Positions 1 through 8,224 of a DNA stretch of 55,539 nucleotides are shown in pieces. Source of the stretch: an uncultured virus (IMG/VR IMGVR_UViG_3300010361_000001) (taxonomy: Duplodnaviria > Heunggongvirae > Uroviricota > Caudoviricetes); IMG/VR virus record IMGVR_UViG_3300010361_000001; one strand, given 5' to 3'. The notes beneath the pieces were generated by a model. The model ran no database searches. It worked only from the letters and a program-made list of their open reading frames with translations, and was not told where the DNA came from. The first letter of the stretch is position 1. Every line of letters starts with the position of its first letter. Both the position numbers and the translations under genes were made by a program.

Positions 1-2
1 GG

Positions 3-464
3 AACCTGACGGCGGATGATTTCCGCATGCAGGAGCTAGGTGACCCCAACGACACCACCCCCGAAGAGCGGGACATGATGGTCCAGAACCTGCCCTCCAC
101 GGTGCAGAGCATGGACCGGTTCAACGGGTTCCTGATCAGCCTGTGGGAGTTCGTACAGCAACAGATCCCCCATCGCATGCGGGCTGACCGTCCCATGCTG
201 AAGCGTCTCCAGAGGGCACACAGCCCCCTCTCAGAGGTAACCGTGGTCGACCTGAGGGCGGAAGATCCCCCGCCCAGGCACGTCGACCCGGACCATGTTC
301 CACAGACTGTCCTGTGGACTCATCGCTGGCGGTCCAGGGAACACAAGCGCCGCTGGATCGACAAGCACGGCAACTACAGGGAGACCACCGTCTCCGCATC
401 AGTCAAGGGGCCAGAGCATCTGCCCCTCATAGAGAAAGATCGGATATTCAATGTCAAGCGCTAA
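3..464 (+). CDS. Phage hypothetical protein, 5'-truncated by the window
   Basis: Frame is open from base 3. The C-terminal WTHRWRSREH...VKGPEHLPL resembles a recurrent actinophage motif. Confidence 0.7.
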   Translation, partial: NLTADDFRMQELGDPNDTTPEERDMMVQNLPSTVQSMDRFNGFLISLWEFVQQQIPHRMRADRPMLKRLQRAHSPLSEVTVVDLRAEDPPPRHVDPDHVPQTVLWTHRWRSREHKRRWIDKHGNYRETTVSASVKGPEHLPLIEKDRIFNVKR

Positions 465-672
465 CACACAGATGAAGCAGAAGATCGTGAGCAGGGTGAG
501 GCTGGGCGACAGCCGGGAGGTGCGTATCACGCGCATCCCCAACGGCACCAGCGACGACTACATCAGGGTCGGTATCAACCTGCTCCCCAACGGTGAGAAC
601 ATGAGCGGGGCGGTCTTCCCCGAGTCCGCACTGGACGAGGTCATCGCCGCCCTGAGGAAGGTGCATAGCTGA
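451..672 (+). CDS. Small hypothetical protein, possibly PC4-like ssDNA-binding fold
   Basis: 73 aa, coupled to both neighbours. Beta-strand pattern followed by a C-terminal helix (ALDEVIAALRK). Confidence 0.55.
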   Translation: MSSANTQMKQKIVSRVRLGDSREVRITRIPNGTSDDYIRVGINLLPNGENMSGAVFPESALDEVIAALRKVHS

Positions 673-1058
673 TGGCTAATGAACCCAACGACGAGCTACT
701 GGAGATGAGGTGCCGCTGCTGCGGCGTGTTCATGGGCCACCGACGCCGCATAGGACGGTTCGTTTTTTGGTGCAGCGAGGACTGTGCGGACTCCCCCATG
801 GCTAAGTGGCAGGAGTCCCAGCCCAGGGATGAGGCCATCGTCGCTATGTTCCTAGATGGCAAGGGAATCATGGAAATATCTCGTGATCTTGAGGACTGGC
901 CCTACCAGTACATCCAGCAGACCCTGACCAGGAGGGGCCTCACAGAGCGGCGCCTGGTGGTCAAGGAACACACCAGGCTGGACTCTGAGGGCAAGGAACG
1001 CACGGTCAAGGAGCATGTGCTGGCACCACGCAGGCTGGTGCGTAGCAAGGCGAGCTAA
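672..1058 (+). CDS. Cys-rich (CRCC..CSEDC) putative Zn/HTH DNA-binding protein
   Basis: TGATG coupling. Cys cluster followed by an HTH-like segment (IMEISRDL). Confidence 0.6.
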   Translation: MANEPNDELLEMRCRCCGVFMGHRRRIGRFVFWCSEDCADSPMAKWQESQPRDEAIVAMFLDGKGIMEISRDLEDWPYQYIQQTLTRRGLTERRLVVKEHTRLDSEGKERTVKEHVLAPRRLVRSKAS

Positions 1059-1146
1059 GACCTGATACTGTGATCCACGCCACCTGATCCTTTCCTCCTT
1101 GCGAGTGGGTGTCGGTAGGTCATGGTGTGGTAGCCATGTAGCCATC

Positions 1147-1182
1147 GAGAAGGCCCCCCATCGGGGGGCCTCTCGTATTTTC
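1147..1182. terminator. Intrinsic terminator hairpin between convergent genes
   Basis: GAGAAGGCCCCCC-ATC-GGGGGGCCTCTC followed by GTATTTTC. Confidence 0.75.
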
Positions 1183-1193
1183 TGGCTAAAAAA

Positions 1194-1460
1194 TCAGGCC
1201 AGAGTGCCTACTGGCCCCTCGTTCACCCGCTCATCCATCCCATGGGTACCGATGGCACTGGTGATGGTGTGGATCAGCTTCCCACCCATCGACCCAGCGA
1301 TTTTTCCGAAGGGCATGTCGTTGAAGTCCTTCATCATGCCGCCACCCTCCGCAGCACCACCCGCTTCAGCACCTCCAGCTAGTTCCGGGAGGGCCTCCGC
1401 AGCCACTGCGCCGATGTTGGAGCGGGTCAGGAGCCAGACTGCCAAGAGAATCAGTGCCAT
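1194..1460 (-). CDS. Small protein with hydrophobic N-terminus
   Basis: 88 aa. TACGCT lies 6 nt before the ATG, suggesting a leaderless start. Confidence 0.6.
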   Translation of the reverse strand: MALILLAVWLLTRSNIGAVAAEALPELAGGAEAGGAAEGGGMMKDFNDMPFGKIAGSMGGKLIHTITSAIGTHGMDERVNEGPVGTLA

Positions 1461-1466
1461 AGCAGG

Positions 1467-1512
1467 AGCGTAGTTGGGTGGTCAAGGCCCCCCAGGTGCC
1501 ACGGGTAAGACT
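1467..1512. promoter_or_regulatory. Bidirectional promoter box 1 (GGGTGGTCA-N22-AAGACT)
   Basis: Box at 1476-1484 and -10-like AAGACT at 1507-1512, 6 nt before ATG 1519. A divergent TACGCT precedes ATG 1460. Confidence 0.6.
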
Positions 1513-1518
1513 ATGGAC

Positions 1519-1950
1519 ATGGCAGATGAGCAAGAGCATCCACATCGCAGGTCATCCCACCAGGCTGAGGCCAAAGACGAGGTAACCCCCCCGGAGGAGC
1601 AGCCCGCCCCTCCTGAGGTGGTGGATCCCTACAAGCAAGTCCTCTCCCCGTACGAGCTTCCCGCCAACACCGCTGCCGCTGCCTCCATCGTGGCGACTGG
1701 GAACGTGGCCGTGGATCCGGAGGCGCCCATCTCCGACGAGCGCAAGGCCCAGGCTGAGGCCAACATCCAGGCACACCAGGACGCCGTCCAGGAGGCCATG
1801 GCTGGGGTGACCGACGATCCCCGCCTGGGTGGGAGCGCAGACTTCCAGGAGTACAACCAGTCCCAGGCCAAGGCGGCAGCCGAGAGGGAGGCTCAGAAGG
1901 CTGAGGCTGAGGTGAAGGAGGAGGCAGAGAAGGTAGAGGCCAAGGCTTAA
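1519..1950 (+). CDS. Acidic protein carrying the shared PxELP motif
   Basis: Contains LSPYELPANTAAA, shared with the next three genes. Start at 1519 or 1513. Confidence 0.7.
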   Translation: MADEQEHPHRRSSHQAEAKDEVTPPEEQPAPPEVVDPYKQVLSPYELPANTAAAASIVATGNVAVDPEAPISDERKAQAEANIQAHQDAVQEAMAGVTDDPRLGGSADFQEYNQSQAKAAAEREAQKAEAEVKEEAEKVEAKA

Positions 1951-2387
1951 TGCCTGCGCCGTACCTCCTCAACCCCCTGGAGCTTCCGGTCGCTCAGTCA
2001 GCGGCCCAGGCATTCACCAATGCCTTCCCGGATCAGGTCACCCTGGACGCCACGCTCAACCCTGACCGCACCACCCAGGCGAACTCAGCCCTGGCCTCCA
2101 ATGACCCCCGCAAGGCGGGCCAGGGGACAGCGGCAGGAGCCACAGCCTCCGGAGTGGCCCCGACGTCGGGCGCTCACGGGTCTGCCGTACCCCTCACCAT
2201 CACCGGCACCAACCTGACCACGGCCAGGAAGGTCAACATCGGCAAGGACGCCGCCAAGGTGGTCGTAGTGAGCGCCACCAGCGTCACCTGTACCACCTCA
2301 GCCAGCGTGGCTGCGGGCGCACAGACAGTGAAGATCTCCTTCTCTGACATGTCCACCCTCAACGGCCCCACCTACACGTTCACCTAG
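1950..2387 (+). CDS. IPT/TIG (Ig-like) domain protein, putative virion decoration
   Basis: VAPTSG...LTITGTNL...VVVVSATSVTCT...YTFT is the IPT/TIG pattern. Confidence 0.75.
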   Translation: MPAPYLLNPLELPVAQSAAQAFTNAFPDQVTLDATLNPDRTTQANSALASNDPRKAGQGTAAGATASGVAPTSGAHGSAVPLTITGTNLTTARKVNIGKDAAKVVVVSATSVTCTTSASVAAGAQTVKISFSDMSTLNGPTYTFT

Positions 2388-2394
2388 GAGGATC

Positions 2395-2712
2395 ATGCCC
2401 GCCGCCTACACCGGGCCGTACACGGTCAACCCGCTGGAGATGCCCGCCAACCAGAACGCTGCGGCTCTCTACAGCAAGAACCCCTTCCTCCCCTCCATCG
2501 TGGACACCTCCGGGGCAACGTGGTCCTCGTCCCCCCTGATCCCGAGCGCCAACGGAGCGGGCGGGCAGACCTCCTTCGGTGACGTACCTCCTACGGGGGC
2601 TGTCAGTCGTACGTCCTGCGCCCAGGCTGCCCTGGCTGCTGAGCAGGCCAGGCTCCAGGGTCAGAGCGATCGTCTCAACCGGGACATCACCGTCATCACG
2701 GCCACGCCATGA
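2395..2712 (+). CDS. Paralog consisting of the shared N-terminal domain only
   Basis: AGGAGG RBS; YTVNPLEMPANQNAA motif. Confidence 0.7.
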   Translation: MPAAYTGPYTVNPLEMPANQNAAALYSKNPFLPSIVDTSGATWSSSPLIPSANGAGGQTSFGDVPPTGAVSRTSCAQAALAAEQARLQGQSDRLNRDITVITATP

Positions 2713-3317
2713 CCGCCTACGGCTACGACCCCAACAACGTCACCACCCACCTCTACCCCCAGGAGCTATCGGTCATGCCGGTGGCCCGGTATCAGACCAA
2801 CGCCCCCCAGGACGGGGCTGGGTACAACCACTCCCTGGCTCCCTCGACCCAGCCCACTGGGGGCGTGGCGCTCAGCCCCACTGCCTTCCCTGACGCACCG
2901 GACACAGCGGGACCGGCCAACGCCAACCGCACCGACTGCTCCACCAACACGGTGAACAACGCCAACCTGGGGACAGCGGGTGGCATCAAGCCGAGACTCC
3001 AGGCTGAGCAGACCCTGGTGGGCAACCAGTTAACGGCGGTTGCTGCCTTATTGCCTGCCTCCACGTCCACCTTGACGACGGTGGCCCCGGCCACCGGTCC
3101 AACGGCTGGGGGCACTGCCTTGACCCTGACCGGGACCGGCTTCGCTGCCGGGGCCACCGTCACGGTGGGCGGGCGCGCTGCCTCCAGCGTGGTGGTAGTG
3201 AGTGCCACCTCGATCACCTGTGTGGCTCCTGCTGGGGAGTGCCCAGGCATCCTGGGCGTGTCGGTTTCCGGCCCCAACGGCAACGCCTACAAGGCAGCCA
3301 GCTTCACCTACACCTGA
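2709..3317 (+). CDS. IPT/TIG domain protein
   Basis: VAPATGPTAGGTALTLTGTGF...VVVSATSITCVAP...FTYT. Confidence 0.8.
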   Translation: MTAYGYDPNNVTTHLYPQELSVMPVARYQTNAPQDGAGYNHSLAPSTQPTGGVALSPTAFPDAPDTAGPANANRTDCSTNTVNNANLGTAGGIKPRLQAEQTLVGNQLTAVAALLPASTSTLTTVAPATGPTAGGTALTLTGTGFAAGATVTVGGRAASSVVVVSATSITCVAPAGECPGILGVSVSGPNGNAYKAASFTYT

Positions 3318-3529
3318 TGCTCGCCAGCGTCTGGGACTCCGGGTTCGCCATCAGCACCTACCTCCTGGTGTTCCTCATCTGGGGCTTCGGGATCTTCTGC
3401 GCCTTCATCTGCTTTCGGAAGCGCCACATGCTGTGGTTCATCCTGGGGTTCTTCTTCGTGGTGTGCTGGTACATCGGCGCGCTCCTCCCTGACCGGCGAG
3501 AGGTGGTCGTAGTGGAGAAGCGGGTCTAG
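3317..3529 (+). CDS. Small membrane protein with 2 TM segments
   Basis: TGATG-coupled start at 3317; two hydrophobic stretches. Confidence 0.7.
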   Translation: MLASVWDSGFAISTYLLVFLIWGFGIFCAFICFRKRHMLWFILGFFFVVCWYIGALLPDRREVVVVEKRV

Positions 3530-3732
3530 TGGCGACACAGAAGGGCGTCGTCACCTCCCAGCAGCTACGACCCTCCGGGCGCACCTTCCTCGTGGCTGAC
3601 GCCGGGGAGCTACCGCCCTGCTTCAAGGACCGGTGGGGTGACTGGGTCTGCGGGCATGACCACGACACCTCAGTGCCCCTGGAGGACGCCTACCAGTGGT
3701 TTGAGGGCTGGACTACCCAAAGTCGGCTGTAG
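3529..3732 (+). CDS. Hypothetical protein
   Basis: TAGTG coupling, 67 aa. Confidence 0.55.
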   Translation: MATQKGVVTSQQLRPSGRTFLVADAGELPPCFKDRWGDWVCGHDHDTSVPLEDAYQWFEGWTTQSRL

Positions 3733-3758
3733 CCGGTCACAGGCGGCTGTAGGGGCCT

Positions 3759-4190
3759 CTAGGGGGTGTTTAAGGTGGGAGGTCCAGTGGGTTGGGTGAT
3801 CAGTGGTGGTTCACCGACAGCCCCTCCCCAGGGCGTGCCGTCCGAGTTGTACCACATGCTGGAGACGATGGGGAAAGCTACCTTCACCGACGCCTGGATG
3901 TCAGAGTCAGCGAGCAGGGACTGATCGGGAGGGACGTAGTCAACAGGAGGAGGAGCGGCCCTGCCTCCTCCAGGCTGAGCCTTGCTGATGATGTTGGGAT
4001 CCTGGGCCACGATGCGGATGAAGCCAGTCACAACGTGGGTCGATCCCCGTAGAGCGTCATAGGCACAGTTCTGCTGGTCTGGCTCGTCAGGGATGTCCAG
4101 GTTCTCCTGGCACTCGATCAGGACACAGGCTTCCACCCGTGACTGGAAGATGGCATCCTTGGCAAGATCAGCGATCCCCTGATAGCTCAT
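3759..4190 (-). CDS. Hypothetical protein
   Basis: ATGA-coupled to the upstream gene; last gene of the tail operon. Confidence 0.7.
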   Translation of the reverse strand: MSYQGIADLAKDAIFQSRVEACVLIECQENLDIPDEPDQQNCAYDALRGSTHVVTGFIRIVAQDPNIISKAQPGGGRAAPPPVDYVPPDQSLLADSDIQASVKVAFPIVSSMWYNSDGTPWGGAVGEPPLITQPTGPPTLNTP

Positions 4191-4465
4191 CCCGAGTTCC
4201 TCTCTTCCTCAGCCTGCTGGTTCTCCTGGATCTGGCGGGCGATCTGCTGCTGAAAGCTCATGACAGCCTCCGCAGTCTTGAGACCCTGGAAGTCAGCCGC
4301 CACGTTCATCACCGCTGGATAGACATCCTTGGCCGTCGCCTCGCGCTGGGCCACGAACCGCTGGACAGGGTTCAGAACGACCCTGGAGGAGCCGTCGAGG
4401 TCCACCACCACGATGAACAAGCAGAGAACCTGCTCTGGCTCTGGCTCTGATCCGTTCATACTCAA
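4187..4465 (-). CDS. Hypothetical protein
   Basis: Coupled ORF with a coiled C-terminus. Confidence 0.7.
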   Translation of the reverse strand: MSMNGSEPEPEQVLCLFIVVVDLDGSSRVVLNPVQRFVAQREATAKDVYPAVMNVAADFQGLKTAEAVMSFQQQIARQIQENQQAEEERNSG

Positions 4466-5088
4466 TCGACTTCACCTGGCTGACGGTCATACATGTGGAG
4501 CAGCTTTCGCTGGGCTGTGGTCACTGACGAGGCCACGGGGCAGAAGTCACAAAGGTAGACCTCGCGCCCCTTCCATGTGGAAGGAGTTACCCGGCGCCCG
4601 TCATCGTGCCAGTCAATGCAGTCAGTGCCCTGAGGACGGCGATGGATGTTGTAGCACCGCATCGCATCCTCTTTATAGGTGTCCTTGGTGGCGTAGAACT
4701 CCGGGTGTAGGCCCGTCCAGCGCTCACCCAGGCCCTTCAGGATCTCGTCCTTGTGACCCTCCCAAAAGGTGTGCCGCCCGAAGATCCTGGATCGACCCAG
4801 GCTGGCTCCATTCACTCCCACCATCTGCTTCTCACCGCAGTTGCAGGGATCTTCTGACGCCACCAGGAGAGCAGCGACCTCCGGGTTGATGTCACCATGC
4901 TTCTGGACGTGCTGACGCACCACCCGATCCAGGATGGGATCCTGGGCCTCAAGCTGAGGCGGGCCGTCATAGAGAGGGAGTTGCTCGATGGTCTTGCACT
5001 CCCGGCAGACCAGGAGCCTAGGCAGTGAACCGACCGTCCGGTGTGCGCTTCTCCGGCGCCTCAAAAATCCCGTAGCCACAGTCGCCAC
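4462..5088 (-). CDS. Cys-rich putative Zn-binding protein; true start probably near 5025
   Basis: RLLVCRECKT and YLCDFCPV motifs. Confidence 0.7.
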   Translation of the reverse strand: MATVATGFLRRRRSAHRTVGSLPRLLVCRECKTIEQLPLYDGPPQLEAQDPILDRVVRQHVQKHGDINPEVAALLVASEDPCNCGEKQMVGVNGASLGRSRIFGRHTFWEGHKDEILKGLGERWTGLHPEFYATKDTYKEDAMRCYNIHRRPQGTDCIDWHDDGRRVTPSTWKGREVYLCDFCPVASSVTTAQRKLLHMYDRQPGEVD

Positions 5089-5233
5089 GGTTCAGCGCCA
5101 TTTTGTCAGCCTTCTCCAGGCGAGCATCAGGATCCGGCCAGAGGGAGCGGTTCATGATGAAGCGCTTGTACGTCCCATCCACCGTCCCCTCCAGTAGCTC
5201 TGCGTTCATGCTCCTGTCTTTGTACTGACTCAT
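5018..5233 (-). CDS. Hypothetical protein
   Basis: GAGGA RBS before the ATG at 5233 (MSQYKDRS). Confidence 0.65.
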   Translation of the reverse strand: MSQYKDRSMNAELLEGTVDGTYKRFIMNRSLWPDPDARLEKADKMALNRGDCGYGIFEAPEKRTPDGRFTA

Positions 5234-5240
5234 GGTCCTC

Positions 5241-5663
5241 CTAGAACAGAGTGCCCTGACTTGGGGCGCCGGGGCGAGTATCAGGACCGGCAGGCTGTGG
5301 GGGCCTGCCTGGCTGACCGGGACCACCCCAGGGCCAGGCACCGCCACCACCTGGACCGGGACCGGGTGGCATTGGCCTGGCCCCTCCAGCCTGACCTGGC
5401 TGTGGCCTCCATCTGCCGCCTGTCCTCACGGGCCTGCCTCCACGCACCCCTGCGATGCGGAAGGTCTCAGCGTCGTTGAAGTCCTTGGCCCTCTTCCTGG
5501 CTCCCTGGAGAGCGGTGACAGCCGGGGCACCGACGTCACCGATGAAGTGGAGGGCTGGGATGAGGCCCACCACCCGGCCAGCGTGCGCTCCACCAGGGCC
5601 GATCTCAGCCATGGGGCCGATGCCCTGGGCCGCTCCCGAACTGTGGTGAAACTCCCAGGCCAC
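5241..5663 (-). CDS. Gly/Pro-rich protein ending in QGTLF
   Basis: TAGTG coupling; ends ...GAPSQGTLF*. Confidence 0.65.
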   Translation of the reverse strand: MAWEFHHSSGAAQGIGPMAEIGPGGAHAGRVVGLIPALHFIGDVGAPAVTALQGARKRAKDFNDAETFRIAGVRGGRPVRTGGRWRPQPGQAGGARPMPPGPGPGGGGAWPWGGPGQPGRPPQPAGPDTRPGAPSQGTLF

Positions 5664-6004
5664 TACCAGACCTCCTCAACCCCCACGTTACGCGCCGCCC
5701 CCTGCCAGCCCGAGACCCCGCCCGAGAGGGCGTAGCGCTGGTTCATGAAGTTGCGCTGGGCGTCCAGGCACTCGTCTATGCCCGCCTGGCGCTCCGGGTA
5801 GGTGGGGAAGCCCCACCTGGGTGGGAAGGGGACTCCGAGAGTCGCAATGGGTGGGCGCACCTCAGCCACTAGCTCCTGGCCGGGGATCATGGCCGTCCGC
5901 AGGGCTGCGGTGACCAGTAGCTCCTGGCTGGAATAGTTGGGGCCGAGTTCACGGTAGATGTCCCCACTATTTTGCAGGCGCACAGGGCGGGGGCCGTCGA
6001 TCAC
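5663..6004 (-). CDS. Hypothetical protein
   Basis: In-operon ORF of 113 aa; no gp25-like motif recognised. Confidence 0.65.
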   Translation of the reverse strand: MIDGPRPVRLQNSGDIYRELGPNYSSQELLVTAALRTAMIPGQELVAEVRPPIATLGVPFPPRWGFPTYPERQAGIDECLDAQRNFMNQRYALSGGVSGWQGAARNVGVEEVW

Positions 6005-6013
6005 GTCACAAGC

Positions 6014-6766
6014 CTAACGGGGGAAGCAGACGGTGGCAGTGCCCGCCCCCGGTCCCCTGGCTGAGCTAATCGTCAAGGTACCAGCCCCAGTCGGTGCCCA
6101 TCCCATGCTGAAGGTGTGAGGACCAGGAGTAAGCCCTGTCCACTGGCGAACCCCGAAGATATTCATGACCGTGTTTGCCGCATTGAAGCCATGCCCAGCT
6201 ACGGCATTCCAACCCCCACCATCCACGTTGCCGCCAATGGTGCAATCTATACCCGCAGATGCATAGACGTCCTGGGCTTGATAGAACACATCCACTACAC
6301 CGGAGGGACCGACCGTGACGGTCATCCGCACATTGGCATGGATCTCAGCCCAGCCCCCGGAGTTGGTCACGGTGACAGCCCCTAGCTGGGCACGGCCACC
6401 TGACAGCCCTGCGAAGGGGGTCTGCCAAGAGGCGGCGTAGTTGGCGGCACTGTTCTTGGTCAGCACCTGACCAACAGTGCCTCCCTGAGGCAGGCCAGCG
6501 TCGGGGATCTCGTTGGGTGACCCCAGGTAAGCGGGGAAGGCCGGATCACCACCCTGGAAGATGCACCAGACCATGCTGCCCACCGGAGGCAGGCTCTGCG
6601 AGTTGACCAGGGGCGGCGCCCATATGGGCACCGGGGTGGACCCGAAGATCTGAGGGATGTACAACTGGACGCGTCCCTGGCTCGACGGGTCTCGATTGTT
6701 GTAGACCCTGGCGGCGTAGACGCCTTCGTAGTGCGTGCTGGTTGGCGTGCTAACAGATGTCGACAT
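6014..6766 (-). CDS. Baseplate spike (gpV/Gp5 OB fold) fused to a fibre-like C-terminal domain
   Basis: YEGVYAARVYNNRDPSSQGRVQLYIPQI...PPVGSMVWCIFQGGDPAFP is the gpV OB-fold pattern. Confidence 0.85.
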   Translation of the reverse strand: MSTSVSTPTSTHYEGVYAARVYNNRDPSSQGRVQLYIPQIFGSTPVPIWAPPLVNSQSLPPVGSMVWCIFQGGDPAFPAYLGSPNEIPDAGLPQGGTVGQVLTKNSAANYAASWQTPFAGLSGGRAQLGAVTVTNSGGWAEIHANVRMTVTVGPSGVVDVFYQAQDVYASAGIDCTIGGNVDGGGWNAVAGHGFNAANTVMNIFGVRQWTGLTPGPHTFSMGWAPTGAGTLTISSARGPGAGTATVCFPR

Positions 6767-7952
6767 TGGATGCGGTAGCGGCACGCCAACGCTTGTTGAT
6801 CATGCGAGTGGCCGGGACGTTGGTGACGGTGTAGGTGTAGGGGTTGTTCGGCGTGTAGGCCACTGCTGTCCCCTGGGTGGGGCGATGACCGCTGTCACCT
6901 AGGGAGTCGCGTCCCAGGCATGTGTCCATCGAGTAGCCGTCAGTGCTGATCTTATGGGTGACCTCGTGGACCCACCACATACCGTCCTGGTTGGAGTCAA
7001 TGCCCTGGAGGACGATAGGCATGCCCTGCTTCACCGTGGTCAGCCCAGCCAGGGTGGCCGTGGCCTGGTAGTTGAACCGGTTCGCCTGGGTCATGCCCGC
7101 CAGGATCGCCTGGGCGTGGGACTGGCTGGTCACCACCTGATCGGAGACCTGCTGGCCGAAGAAGGGGTAGACGGTGTTCCTCCCTAACTGACTGGGCAGA
7201 CTGCTGCCATCGTCAGCCCAGCCCACGATGTTGCCGTTCCTGTCCATGCCATTGATGGAGCGGACAGCCTTGGTATGACCGGCGATGGGGAAGGTCTCAC
7301 CCTGGACAGAGTTGAACCTGGAGATGGACTGGTCCCCGAAGTTCACCACGGTGTTGCGGCTGTGGAACACCGGCATGCCAGTCCAGTAGCGCTTCATGCC
7401 CAGGTCGACAGAGGTGAAGCGGATCTGGCTCTTGTTCACAGCCAGGCTGTAGCCCACCTTGGCCGCTAGCGCAGTCAGGAAGCACCAGGCTGAGTCCCCA
7501 GGACTGGTGATCGAGGGCCACTGGACGTCGTCGTCCTCCACCACCGTCGAGAGGAAGTACTTCTGCGCCACCAACTTGACCAGGGTGGAACACTGCACGT
7601 TCGACCAGGCCCCCACGAAGGGATCCTTGAGCGCGTAGCTCACCCCGACGCAGACGACGTCCTCATAGTTGACGCCAGTGGGGATGGCCCGGTCGTAGTG
7701 GTTCTCCACATGGTCGATGTAGCCATAGAACATCTCGGTGTCGAGGGGGAACCAGCCGTAGGGCATCTGCACCGGGGTGCCTGGCTGTAGCTCCGGCACG
7801 TCGAGGGGCACGCCTCTCAAGGTGATGATGGCGATGTCATGCATACCCTCAGTCATGATCACCTTGACCGTGTTCACCGTCTTCTGAGCGTTGATGCCGC
7901 CTGGGTCAAAGAGGGGGTAGGCCCCTGGTGTGTGCTTGAGGGCCTGGGTCAC
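6750..7952 (-). CDS. Baseplate hub protein (gpD/gp27/VgrG-like)
   Basis: Sits between LysM and spike. Motifs MFYGYID, SAWCFL..LA..VGY and DGMWWVHEVTH. Confidence 0.8.
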   Translation of the reverse strand: MTQALKHTPGAYPLFDPGGINAQKTVNTVKVIMTEGMHDIAIITLRGVPLDVPELQPGTPVQMPYGWFPLDTEMFYGYIDHVENHYDRAIPTGVNYEDVVCVGVSYALKDPFVGAWSNVQCSTLVKLVAQKYFLSTVVEDDDVQWPSITSPGDSAWCFLTALAAKVGYSLAVNKSQIRFTSVDLGMKRYWTGMPVFHSRNTVVNFGDQSISRFNSVQGETFPIAGHTKAVRSINGMDRNGNIVGWADDGSSLPSQLGRNTVYPFFGQQVSDQVVTSQSHAQAILAGMTQANRFNYQATATLAGLTTVKQGMPIVLQGIDSNQDGMWWVHEVTHKISTDGYSMDTCLGRDSLGDSGHRPTQGTAVAYTPNNPYTYTVTNVPATRMINKRWRAATASNVDIC

Positions 7953-8224
7953 TGGGGGATCCTAATGATCGTGCCGACGACAAGGCTCTCCGGGTACCAC
8001 ACCTCCGGGTTGGCGTCAGCGATGCGCCACCAGAAAGTGGGCACGCCGTAGATCTTGGCGGCGATGAGGTCGAAGCGGTCTCCGGCCACCACCGTGTAGT
8101 AGACGAAGCCACTCGACAGGACATTGGGATAACCGGAGCGGTACACAGCCTGGGCGCTGTCACCGTTGGCATCGGTCACCGTCACCACCGGATTGCCCAT
8201 GTACCTGGAGCCGTTGACGATCAT
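7949..8224 (-). CDS. LysM-domain baseplate protein (tail X-like)
   Basis: YTVVAGDRFDLIAAKIYG...WWRIADANP...GTIIRIP. Confidence 0.9.
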   Translation of the reverse strand: MIVNGSRYMGNPVVTVTDANGDSAQAVYRSGYPNVLSSGFVYYTVVAGDRFDLIAAKIYGVPTFWWRIADANPEVWYPESLVVGTIIRIPQ

